A DNA stretch of 64,000 nt from Chloroflexota bacterium (GTDB lineage Bacteria > Chloroflexota > Dehalococcoidia > UBA2979), in NCBI GenBank assembly GCA_027593235.1, contig JAQCIU010000008.1, positions 47,871-111,870 of the forward strand, given 5' to 3'. A model generated the notes under the pieces. That model had not been told where the DNA came from, ran no database searches, and saw only the letters and a list, made by a program, of their open reading frames with translations. Below, piece after piece: positions 19,857 through 28,865 of this stretch. Positions within the stretch are counted from its first letter, which is position 1. Every line of letters starts with the position of its first letter. The position numbers and the translations under genes were made by a program.

Positions 19857-20693
19857 ATGCAGGTTGATTTCGCAATCGTGGGAGCCCAGAAGTGCGGCAC
19901 CACGACCCTGTATGACATCCTCAACACCCATCCCGACCTGGTCGGCAGCCGCGTGAAGGAGCCACACTTCTTCCTCGCTCCCGACTGGCGCGCGCGCCTC
20001 AATGACTACAACGCACTCTTCGCTCAGCGACCGGGCGCGAAGTACTTCGAGGCCTCCACCAGCTACACCTTCTTCCCGCTGCGCCGGCTCGGGATCTGGC
20101 ACGACATGTTCGAGTACAACCCGGCGAAGAAGTTCATCTACCTCGTCCGAAACCCGATTGACCGGATCGTCTCCAACTTCGTCCACGTCTACGAACGCAG
20201 CACGATCACCGCGAGCATCGACGAAGAGCTGAGAACGAATCGCTTCTACCTGGACGTGACGCGGTACCACACGCAGATCATGCCGTTCATCCGTAAGTTC
20301 GTCCGCGATCGCGTGATGCTGATCGACTTCGACGATCTGATCGAGGACCGCGAGACGGTGATGCGTGACCTCTCCGAGTTCCTTGAGGTCGATCCCGAAC
20401 ACTTCGGCGACTACGCCGACGTCCATTCGAATGCCTCGGGGGATCCGCGCATCCTGCAGGCGCGGCACTACTCACCGCCGCCTCATCTCCGAGTGATCCG
20501 CAAGTTCGCACCGCGGCTCTGGCGCCGAATCACCGATAACTCAAAGCGGATACTGACGGAGCGGCCAACCCCGAACGCCGAGAGCCGCGAACTCGTCCAG
20601 ACGATGCTGGACCTGGAGGTACGCGGGCTTGAAGAGCTGCTGGAGAAGGACCTCAGCGCCTGGCTGCCCGCTACGGACAGCACGCCCACGTAG
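19857..20693 (+). CDS. PAPS-dependent sulfotransferase
   Basis: 5'-PSB GAQKCGTT, KEPHFF, EASTSY, 3'-PB RNPIDRIVS. Confidence 0.92.
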   Translation: MQVDFAIVGAQKCGTTTLYDILNTHPDLVGSRVKEPHFFLAPDWRARLNDYNALFAQRPGAKYFEASTSYTFFPLRRLGIWHDMFEYNPAKKFIYLVRNPIDRIVSNFVHVYERSTITASIDEELRTNRFYLDVTRYHTQIMPFIRKFVRDRVMLIDFDDLIEDRETVMRDLSEFLEVDPEHFGDYADVHSNASGDPRILQARHYSPPPHLRVIRKFAPRLWRRITDNSKRILTERPTPNAESRELVQTMLDLEVRGLEELLEKDLSAWLPATDSTPT

Positions 20694-20756
20694 CTCCGCA
20701 ACGGCGCCGATCGCCCTCGAAGCAGGTGCGGGCGGCGAGGCCTCGTTCGCCGGGCG

Positions 20757-21581
20757 CTACGCACGCTCCGCGCGCACGACGACCCGGTCGACGTAGCTGG
20801 CTTCGCGGCTGTCGAAATCGCCCCCACACGTGTAGATGGTGATCGAATCAACCGTGACGTCGTTGCTCCAGATCTCACCCCAGCGCTCAGCGTCGCCCGC
20901 GTGGATCTGCTCCTTCCACTGCACGACGTACTCCAGCGTCTGGCCGTTGTAGTCCACAAAGATCTTGTCGCCCGCCAATAAGGTGCCAAGGTCCTGGAAC
21001 ACGGCTGGCCCAAGGTAGCGGGTGTCTGCGTACGGAACGTAGTCGTTGAGGTCGAAGTGGCCGGAGAAGATCGCGTTCCCACCGCCGCCAGGAACTCCAC
21101 CGAGGCCCGGCCACGCGCTGAGGTCGTACCAGAAGACTGTCGCCGGTCCCTCCGGCGTTCCCATCTGGGTACTGCTCACCGTGCTCGCGCCCACCGGCGC
21201 ATTGACGCCGATGCTGGGGATCCGCAGCGTCGCAAAGTTGTAGCCATCCGGGTGCCCATACTGTGAGACCAATTGGGTCAGGCTGGTAACCACCGGCTCT
21301 GGTGTGGGCGTTGGTGTCGGCGTTCGCGTCGCACGAGGGGTGGCTGTCGGTCGCGGTGTCGGGGTCGCTGTTGGGGTAGTGGTCGCAGATGGCGTCGGTG
21401 TCGGTGAGGCCGTCGCTGTTTCGATGATCGGTGACGCGCTGGATCCGCCCGCGATCACCACCGTGGCGACAAGCACACCAAACAGGAGCCCGATCGCGCC
21501 CAGCATCGCACCGCGAAGAAACAGCTGCTGACCGTTCCACCAGGCAACGATCGAGCGTGCTGCCCTCTGTAGCCGCTGCAT
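20757..21581 (-). CDS. Class F sortase with N-terminal TM and Pro/Thr linker
   Basis: LRIPSIGVNA, GNAIFSGH, LAGD.I.V, ITIYTCGG, DRVVVRA (His-Cys-Arg). Confidence 0.9.
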   Translation of the reverse strand: MQRLQRAARSIVAWWNGQQLFLRGAMLGAIGLLFGVLVATVVIAGGSSASPIIETATASPTPTPSATTTPTATPTPRPTATPRATRTPTPTPTPEPVVTSLTQLVSQYGHPDGYNFATLRIPSIGVNAPVGASTVSSTQMGTPEGPATVFWYDLSAWPGLGGVPGGGGNAIFSGHFDLNDYVPYADTRYLGPAVFQDLGTLLAGDKIFVDYNGQTLEYVVQWKEQIHAGDAERWGEIWSNDVTVDSITIYTCGGDFDSREASYVDRVVVRAERA

Positions 21582-21788
21582 CAGCAGCTCCTCAGTTACC
21601 CCGCGTCAGTGTCACCCAAATCCCCCACGGCGACCCGGCAACGATAGCGCTCCTCCACAGAGGCGCAACGTTCTCCTGGTTATCAGACGTGGCCCGCGCC
21701 GCAGCGGTTCCATCGTATCGGGAACCGGACCACCCGACCGCCGCCTCGTACACTGGCGATACCACCCAGACGAAAGACCTCGACCAGC

Positions 21789-22874
21789 ATGCCTCTTCGC
21801 ATCCCGTCGCGCCTCCCCTCCCGGCAACGTGGGAATCGGCAGGCTCCGCGCCATTCGCCGGTGACGAACAACACCGGACGCCGTGCCTCGACAAGCGGTG
21901 AGGCAACCGGAAAGGCCGCGGCCGCACCACCACGCCTCGTTAGGCCGATCGTCGCTGCCGTTGCGATCGCTGTCGCGTTGACCGCGGCAATCGGCTGTTC
22001 CGAGGGCGCCTCGGACAGGACGCCCTCCACCGGTGGCGATCCGGTCCAGTCCGTCCTCGGCGACAGTTACCCCCGCTTCCGGGACGCGGAGGCCGGCTAC
22101 ACCGTGATCCTGGGGACCCCTGACCTCGCCGTCGGGACGCAACGGGTGGCGTTCGTCCTGAGCGACAGCAGCGGCATCGTCCGCCTCCCGGTCCTTCGCC
22201 TCGCAAGTCTCGCTCCCGGCACGGACTCGGTCGTGTCGCAGGCCGCCACGGCGCGCTTCTACGAGTTCCCGCTGGGCACCCGCGGCATCCATGTCACCGA
22301 TCTGACGTTCGATCGGCCCGGCGATTGGACGCTGGAACTCCGCATCCCGGCGCCCACCGGCGCTGTCGCCACCACCCGCTTCACCATCCGCGTCGCCGAG
22401 CGCGCTCTCTCACCCGCGGTCGGCGCGCCCGCGCCCCGCAGTGTGAGCCGCACTCTCGAGGACGTCGCAGCCCTCGAGGACCTCAGCACCGGCGCGGAGA
22501 TCGATGCCGACCTCTACGCGCTCTCAATCGACGAGGCACTATCGAACGGCCTGCCCTCGATGATCGTCTTCGCCAGCCCTGGCTTCTGCACGACCCCGCT
22601 GTGTGGTCCCCAGGTCGAGGTGATGAGCGACCTGCAAGCGCGGTATCCGGATGCTGCAAACTACATCCACGTTGATCTGTTCGAGAATCCCTCGGACCTC
22701 CGCGCCGGCGATCTGTCGCGGGCCGTCCGATCGCCGCTCCTCGCCGAGTGGGGGCTGCGCACCGACGAATGGACCTTCCTCGTGACCCCGGACGGGCGCG
22801 TGGCGTACCGCTACGAGGCCTTCGTACCCATCGAGGAGCTCGAGCCCGCGTTCACCTCGCTGCTCGCGAACTAG
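21789..22874 (+). CDS. Lipoprotein with thioredoxin-like C-X4-C domain (paralog of 1528..2490)
   Basis: AIGC lipobox; FASPGFCTTPLCGP; EWGL..E.WTFLV..DG.V. Confidence 0.75.
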   Translation: MPLRIPSRLPSRQRGNRQAPRHSPVTNNTGRRASTSGEATGKAAAAPPRLVRPIVAAVAIAVALTAAIGCSEGASDRTPSTGGDPVQSVLGDSYPRFRDAEAGYTVILGTPDLAVGTQRVAFVLSDSSGIVRLPVLRLASLAPGTDSVVSQAATARFYEFPLGTRGIHVTDLTFDRPGDWTLELRIPAPTGAVATTRFTIRVAERALSPAVGAPAPRSVSRTLEDVAALEDLSTGAEIDADLYALSIDEALSNGLPSMIVFASPGFCTTPLCGPQVEVMSDLQARYPDAANYIHVDLFENPSDLRAGDLSRAVRSPLLAEWGLRTDEWTFLVTPDGRVAYRYEAFVPIEELEPAFTSLLAN

Positions 22875-22947
22875 CCTCGGAAGTCCCGGGCGGACTCGGG
22901 TGTCTCGGGGGCACGCATGCAGACCTCGGACGTTTCCTTCGGGCAGC

Positions 22948-22991
22948 AAAACGGCCGGCCTCCGTGCGGTTTCCCGCACGAAGACCGGCCG
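22948..22991 (-). terminator. Intrinsic terminator of the surface-protein operon
   Basis: Long hairpin cggccggtcttcgtgcgg-gaaa-ccgcacggaggccggccg followed by TTTT on the minus strand. Confidence 0.75.
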
Positions 22992-23017
22992 AGAGAGTCG
23001 ACCGAAGTCGAACAGCT

Positions 23018-23539
23018 CTAGCGGGAGCGCGTCACTGCGCGGCCGCCGACGATCGCCACTGCTGCCATAGCAGCAAGGAGAAGCGCCGCGATCGAGCTCG
23101 TGCTCGTGCTCGCGAAACCGGCGTTACCGGTGTCGCCCGGGACCGGGACCGGGGCCGGGGTCTCGCCGCCACCAGTGGCGGTCAGAACCGTACCCGTCGC
23201 CGCGTCTGCCGGTCGGCCACCGAGACTATAGGTCTCGGTCTGATCGGCAACGGCGCCGTTCAGCGAGAAAGAGATGGTGTCGCCGTTAGCGAACGTGCAG
23301 TCGCCGAGCGAGTCGGCGATCTGAATCGGGCCCCAGTTGCCGCTGGCGTCGGCCGTAACCGCGTCGCCGCACTGAGTCGTCCCTGCCCAAACACCGATCG
23401 AATCGCCTTCCGTAGCACCGGTACCATACGCGGTGAACGGTACCGACTGAGCACTAGCCGACGTCGCGAACGCTCCGAAGAGCGAAACAGCGACGGCAAA
23501 GGCAGCGCTCAGGGCCAATGTCTTACGCAACAACGTCAT
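23018..23539 (-). CDS. Small secreted protein, probable sortase substrate
   Basis: Signal peptide; C-terminal PVPGDTGNAG + hydrophobic TM + basic tail (GRAVTRSR). Confidence 0.8.
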   Translation of the reverse strand: MTLLRKTLALSAAFAVAVSLFGAFATSASAQSVPFTAYGTGATEGDSIGVWAGTTQCGDAVTADASGNWGPIQIADSLGDCTFANGDTISFSLNGAVADQTETYSLGGRPADAATGTVLTATGGGETPAPVPVPGDTGNAGFASTSTSSIAALLLAAMAAVAIVGGRAVTRSR

Positions 23540-23638
23540 CCTGACTCCTTGTCCTCTCGATCAATCCCTCCCGGACTGCTGAGCGAGTTGCCCAGCAATC
23601 CGAGAAGGCGATCTGGAGGCTGTCCTAGCCTGCCCGAA

Positions 23639-25126
23639 CTACACGACGATGACAACGCCCTCACCAGCGGGGATACCGCCCGTGAATGCGTCGATGACCG
23701 CCTGGTTCACGAACGCCGGCGCACCGACGACGTAGACGACGTATTTGCCACCAACGGTGAACGCAACCGAGAGTGCGCCCGAAGCCGCAGCGTCAATACC
23801 AAGCTGGTCAACCGTGCCACCGTTGTAGGTGGTGATGTTGAAGCCAGCTACCGGGTCCTTAGCGAAACCCTGGACCACCGCCACCGGAGCGGTGACGCCC
23901 GGGAGGACGATGCTCACCGCGGCAGCTACCGAGGTCTCGGTACCATTCGTCAGGACGTAGTCGAAGGTGTCGTTCCCCGTCGCCCCGAGCAGCGGCGTGT
24001 AGAGCACCCGCGACGTGCAGTTCGTCATCACTTCGCCGACCTTGGCGAGTGCCACGTTGGTGCAGCTCGCAGTCGTCGGCGTTCCGAGGATCCCCTTAGT
24101 CGGGAGCTTCGTAAACGTGAACGCCGCAGTGGCTGCCACCTCGGTCGAGTCCGCGCCCACCAGCGAGACCAGGACCGGGATCGGCGTCGGAGACGTCGAA
24201 GAAACGGTGGCCGCAGCGGCCTCAACGACCGGCTTGTCGGTGATGATGGTCAGGCTCATCGTACCGGCGGTGCTGGCCTGGCCGTTAGCGGTCAACGTGA
24301 ACTTGAACGAACCCGCGGCCGTGGTGGCCGCGGTACGCGTGAAGAGCGAAGTCGCGCTGTCGGTGTTCACACCGCTGATCATTGCGACGTACTCACCCAC
24401 GACGTGAACGCCCGTGATGGAAGCCACCGTAAGAGTGTTCCCACTCTTCGCGGATACTGCCAGCACTTCCTGAGGACCACCAGACGGGTCGATGATCAGC
24501 TCAGCGCCAGCCGTTCCGCCAAAAACGAAGCCACTGGCGTCTGCAATGTTGATGAGCGTGGCGCCCTGCGCCACCGCGCCGATCGTGATCTGGCTGTAAA
24601 CAGCCGGCCAGATGTCCGCACCGACTGCTGGCACAAGTGCCGTCGTACCCGCGCGGGCGCGCGTCACGCCGGTGAAGGACGTCGCCGTCTTCCCGGTGTA
24701 GTCGACGATCTCCAGCGCACCGGTGCTGGTGTCGCCGTTGCCGTCGTTGTCGATCAAGAGCGAGCCAGCGTCCGGGAACCCTTTCGTGGCGACGACCGTC
24801 AAGGTCTTGTCGGCCGCGATGCCCAGCGTCGCGATCGTCGTGGTCAGTGTCGCACAGGCCGCGTCGACCGGAGTCGCAGCGGTGCCGCCGAGAGCCGACG
24901 TAACCGCGAACGTACCGTTGTCACACGCTTCCTTGCCGGAAACGTGCGTCCCTTTGATGGTGACTGCGTTACCGGCAGTGGCGTTGTCGATCGTGGCCGC
25001 CGCGTCAGCTGTCGTGCCCTTGTCCGCGGACACGCCCAAAGGCGCACTCGCGAAGAGCAGAACGACTGCTGCAGCGAACGCCACGGCGACGGCTAGACCG
25101 TACGCAGTGAATTTGTTCGTAATCAA
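23639..25126 (-). CDS. Ala/Thr/Gly-rich surface (S-layer-like) protein with Ig-like domain and conserved C-terminal domain
   Basis: Signal peptide; P.KG.L...YTP...G.DTFDY (Big_9/cadherin-like); C-terminal YVVYVVGAPAFVN; long upstream intergenic region. Confidence 0.75.
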   Translation of the reverse strand: MITNKFTAYGLAVAVAFAAAVVLLFASAPLGVSADKGTTADAAATIDNATAGNAVTIKGTHVSGKEACDNGTFAVTSALGGTAATPVDAACATLTTTIATLGIAADKTLTVVATKGFPDAGSLLIDNDGNGDTSTGALEIVDYTGKTATSFTGVTRARAGTTALVPAVGADIWPAVYSQITIGAVAQGATLINIADASGFVFGGTAGAELIIDPSGGPQEVLAVSAKSGNTLTVASITGVHVVGEYVAMISGVNTDSATSLFTRTAATTAAGSFKFTLTANGQASTAGTMSLTIITDKPVVEAAAATVSSTSPTPIPVLVSLVGADSTEVAATAAFTFTKLPTKGILGTPTTASCTNVALAKVGEVMTNCTSRVLYTPLLGATGNDTFDYVLTNGTETSVAAAVSIVLPGVTAPVAVVQGFAKDPVAGFNITTYNGGTVDQLGIDAAASGALSVAFTVGGKYVVYVVGAPAFVNQAVIDAFTGGIPAGEGVVIVV

Positions 25127-25589
25127 GCTTTCAATCCTCCGATTGAAATCGGTAGTTTCTGTGCCAATCCAATTAGCGGCTCTCCCTGCAGGCCTCCAGT
25201 CGCCGTGTTCGAGGCAAGCCGTACATCGCGACGAGCTGTTGTGCCGCCGCTCGAGCTGAACGCCACAAGGGCTGCCCGATGCTCAACTTGTTCGAACTCA
25301 TCCCGTTATCGCCGGATTCAGACAGCTACGCACAGCGCAGCCCAAGACAGAGCCCGGCACATGAATAGGAACGCGCCGGGGTCCGGGATGGTTAACACCA
25401 TGTATGAGGAAAGTGATGGGGTCTACCCGGGGACACCCCCGAGATTCGGTGACCCGTTAACCGATCGGCCTGTGGTGACGTTATGACTATTGCGAGAGTG
25501 ACGTCATCACCCGGGGTGCCGAGGCCTATACTAGCCGCATCAGTTGAGACGCCTTCGGGCGCCAAGGCTGGGCGGGTATCGTCAAGCCG

Positions 25590-26246
25590 ATGCGCAGGGA
25601 CTCCGCCGTGGGTGATTCGCCCCTCCCGTTAACAGTTGCTGAAGAGCGCGAGCATGTGCGCCGTTCCGCGTCGGGCGACCAGGTTTCGACCGGTCTCCTC
25701 TACGACGCATACGTCGCCCGGTTGTACCGGTACTGCCTCGCTCGTGTCGGCAACGAAACCGATGCCGAGGACCTTGCTGAAGAGATCTTCATCAAGGCCC
25801 TGGGTGCAATCGGCGGGTTTGAGTGGCGGGATCTGGGTTCCAGCGACCGAAGTCCCTTCGGCGCGTGGCTCTTCCGCATCGCTCACAACCACGTCGCATC
25901 GCACCACCGGCGCGCAGCAGTACGCGGCCCTTCGTTCGAGGTTCCCGAGTGGATCCCGGACGACAGCCGCGGACCACAGGAGCTGGCTGAGATCCAGCTC
26001 ACGATCGAGGAGGTCTTTGCGCTGGTGGAACAACTACCGGACGCGCAGCGAGAGGTCATCCGCCTCCGCTTCGGTGCCGGGCTCAATGTCGCCGAGACCG
26101 CGGAAGCGCTCGACAAGCGGCAGAGCAATGTGAAGGTCCTCCAGCACAAGGCAGTGAAGCGTCTACGTGAGTTTCTGCTCGCACAGGCGGCTCAGACCAG
26201 CGGACCGGCAGCGGCCGGCAGGAATCGGAATCAGGGCGAGCGATGA
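25590..26246 (+). CDS. ECF RNA polymerase sigma factor
   Basis: DAEDL..E.F, WLFRIAHN, LPDAQREVIRLRF, ETAEAL, VKVLQHKA. Confidence 0.95.
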   Translation: MRRDSAVGDSPLPLTVAEEREHVRRSASGDQVSTGLLYDAYVARLYRYCLARVGNETDAEDLAEEIFIKALGAIGGFEWRDLGSSDRSPFGAWLFRIAHNHVASHHRRAAVRGPSFEVPEWIPDDSRGPQELAEIQLTIEEVFALVEQLPDAQREVIRLRFGAGLNVAETAEALDKRQSNVKVLQHKAVKRLREFLLAQAAQTSGPAAAGRNRNQGER

Positions 26247-27205
26247 GCCAGGACCCGCGCAACAGTCGTTCCGAGGACAGGCGCTCCACGCGCCTCGATC
26301 TGATCGGCCTTGAGCCGGACGAGATCGAGGCCGCGCGACTCACTGAAATCCTCGCATCGGTTGAACAGGGAATCGAGCCCGATCTCGACCCCGCAGAAGA
26401 TCCTGCCCTCGCTGCGTTGGCGCAGACCGCCCTTGTCCTCCGGCGCTCGTTGGAGGCGGCAAGCGCTCAGCAGTCGTTTGAGCGATTCCATCACCGTTCG
26501 CTCGCTCGCGTCATCGCAGCGACGCCGCAGCCCGCTCGGGTTCGGTCGGTAGAACACCGACGCGATTCACTGCTTCAGCGGTGGAACGGCTTGTTCACCT
26601 CACTGAGCGCAGCAGCCGCTGCATCGATCGCAACGTTTGTGGTGACCGTGCTCGCGGTGGGCGGTAGTGCGCCGGCACCCGGTCCGCTGTCCGTCCAGTC
26701 GGTAGCGCCGGATGGCACGGCGCTCGCGGCGAACGTGACCCCGATCGAGGTCCCGAGGGTCAACCTCACCGCTCTCTCGGTCTCGCAGCAAGTCTCGCTG
26801 TACGTAACACTCATCGAGCAGTTGAACGCTCTGAATGACGACGGGCTCCCCGCTGATGAGTCGCTCCTCAGGGACCTCGCGGACACGAGTGCGACGGTGA
26901 AACGCACGATCGAGCGCGATCACACGGTCAGCGGTGCCGATGCCTTCAGAGCGATGCATCGGACCTTCGAGGGCCAGCAGGCACTCGAGAAGGCAACCGT
27001 GGCATCCGAGGCTGACCAGCAGGTTCTGTTTACAGCCCAGGAGACAGCGGCGGGTGCCTACGTTACGGCTGCGCAGTTCCTCGGCGTTCCGGATCGGTTG
27101 CCTTCAGCGGGGGAGGCAGCCCAGGCACTTGCTCTTGAAGAGACGTCCGCTGAAGTCGCCGACTCAGAAGTCACCGAAGACCCGAGTCTCCTGCCTGAAG
27201 AGTAG
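26243..27205 (+). CDS. Probable transmembrane anti-sigma factor
   Basis: ATGA-coupled to the sigma gene; cytoplasmic N-terminus, single TM, helical extracytoplasmic domain. Confidence 0.7.
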   Translation: MSQDPRNSRSEDRRSTRLDLIGLEPDEIEAARLTEILASVEQGIEPDLDPAEDPALAALAQTALVLRRSLEAASAQQSFERFHHRSLARVIAATPQPARVRSVEHRRDSLLQRWNGLFTSLSAAAAASIATFVVTVLAVGGSAPAPGPLSVQSVAPDGTALAANVTPIEVPRVNLTALSVSQQVSLYVTLIEQLNALNDDGLPADESLLRDLADTSATVKRTIERDHTVSGADAFRAMHRTFEGQQALEKATVASEADQQVLFTAQETAAGAYVTAAQFLGVPDRLPSAGEAAQALALEETSAEVADSEVTEDPSLLPEE

Positions 27206-27216
27206 CCGCCGGCCAC

Positions 27217-28821
27217 CTAGCTCGAGCGGCCGAACAGCGCGACGACCAGATCGCCATCGTCGAATCGATCGAAGTCCTGGACGAACGCCGGCGCGCCGCG
27301 GATGTACACCTCCCACCGCTGCGTTGAAGCATCGAGGCGGTAGAACGCCTCTGCGTCCACCAACCCCGTTAGCAGGTGCGCGAAACGCAGCGGGTAACCG
27401 TCTGGGCCTCCGTAGCGGAGCACCGCGAGCCCACCACGCGGCGGCAGCTCGCCCGCGAGCTGTGCCTCATCCGCTCCGACCGGAAGCAGTTCACCGAGGC
27501 GAACGAGGGTTCCGAGGGTGGCGCTACCCCGTGAGCTCCCGGCGACGCTCTGCGTCCGCTTCCGAAGCTCCGTAATCAATCCCTTGCTGTCCAACGAGGG
27601 GAACGCTTCTCCGAGGAGCGCGAGCATCCCGGCGACGTGCGGTGCCGAGGCCGACGTGCCCGTGAACGTCTCGCCCGCCCCGTTCACGCGACCGGTCGGC
27701 GCCAGCACCTCCGGCTTGAACCGCCCGTCGCTCGTCGGCCCGCGCGAGGAGAACGGCGCCTCCAATCCGGTACCCCCGAGGATCGCGCCGACCGAGAGCA
27801 CCCCCGGGTGATCCGCCGGCTGCGAGAGCGATCCCGCGGCCACCGCGATCGCGAGCGTGTCGCCGCGATCGGGGCTGCCGAGGACAAGCAGACTGATGCG
27901 GCGCGACGTAGTGGCGTCCGCCTCGACAACGCGCGCCGAATACATGCCGGTCTTCGTCGCCAGCACCTGGAGGCTCTCGACGGGGTCGCCGCTACAGTTC
28001 TGGATATCGCGAGACGCGGCGACCAGCGCCCCATCAGGTCCGAAGAGCTCCAGGTCGTAGTCGTCACACGCGGCGCCCCACACCCCCTGCCAGCGGAGGG
28101 ACGCGATCACCAGATCACCGGCGAGGAAGCGCCGCCCATCCAACTCCTGCGCCGGTGCGAATTCATGGATGGAATCGCCATCCACATCGGTGAACTGACC
28201 ACCCCAGTGCTGTTGGGCCCAGTTCCCGCTCGCGACCGACCAGATCACCCCCGCGTCCACCGCGCGACCGACGATCCCATCGACGAGGCCCGTACCGTCG
28301 CCCGGGCCGGCGTGGATGAAGCCGAGCGAAAACGAGACAACGTCGACCTGCTCCGCGATCAGGAAATCGACCGCCTGCGACAGTTCGGCCTCGGTCTCGA
28401 AGTTCACGAGGTAGAGCTGCGCGCTCGGCGCCACCGCGTGCACGATCTCCGCGGCGCTCACCCCGTGATCGGTACCGGCACCCGGATCGCGATCCCGGCG
28501 GAACGACCGCGCCACCACCGTCTCCGGCAAACTCACGCCGAGGGCGTCGCGGTACCCCTCGAACCCGGCGTCGATGATCGCAACCTTCTGCCCGTACCCG
28601 GTAAAGCCCGCCGACTGCCAGACATCCGCTCGGATCGGCTCAAGCGACGCTTCGACCTGCAACGGTACGAACAGCGGCGCCCGCTCAAGCGTGACCGCCG
28701 AATGCGTCGGGGAAGTTGTAGCGAGCGTCGGGGAGCCACTCCCGCGATCGCCAGACCCGGAACTCGCGATCGCGATCGACCACGCAACGACGCAAACCCC
28801 GATCACGAGGATTCGACGCAT
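27217..28821 (-). CDS. Secreted subtilisin-like (S8) serine protease with C-terminal GAPAFV domain
   Basis: IIDAGF (Asp), DHG (His), SGN, GTSASAP (Ser), FSSRGP. Confidence 0.92.
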   Translation of the reverse strand: MRRILVIGVCVVAWSIAIASSGSGDRGSGSPTLATTSPTHSAVTLERAPLFVPLQVEASLEPIRADVWQSAGFTGYGQKVAIIDAGFEGYRDALGVSLPETVVARSFRRDRDPGAGTDHGVSAAEIVHAVAPSAQLYLVNFETEAELSQAVDFLIAEQVDVVSFSLGFIHAGPGDGTGLVDGIVGRAVDAGVIWSVASGNWAQQHWGGQFTDVDGDSIHEFAPAQELDGRRFLAGDLVIASLRWQGVWGAACDDYDLELFGPDGALVAASRDIQNCSGDPVESLQVLATKTGMYSARVVEADATTSRRISLLVLGSPDRGDTLAIAVAAGSLSQPADHPGVLSVGAILGGTGLEAPFSSRGPTSDGRFKPEVLAPTGRVNGAGETFTGTSASAPHVAGMLALLGEAFPSLDSKGLITELRKRTQSVAGSSRGSATLGTLVRLGELLPVGADEAQLAGELPPRGGLAVLRYGGPDGYPLRFAHLLTGLVDAEAFYRLDASTQRWEVYIRGAPAFVQDFDRFDDGDLVVALFGRSS

Positions 28822-28865
28822 CCATGCTCCCGCTGGCGAGGCGCCGGTGGTGGGCAGTTCGACCG

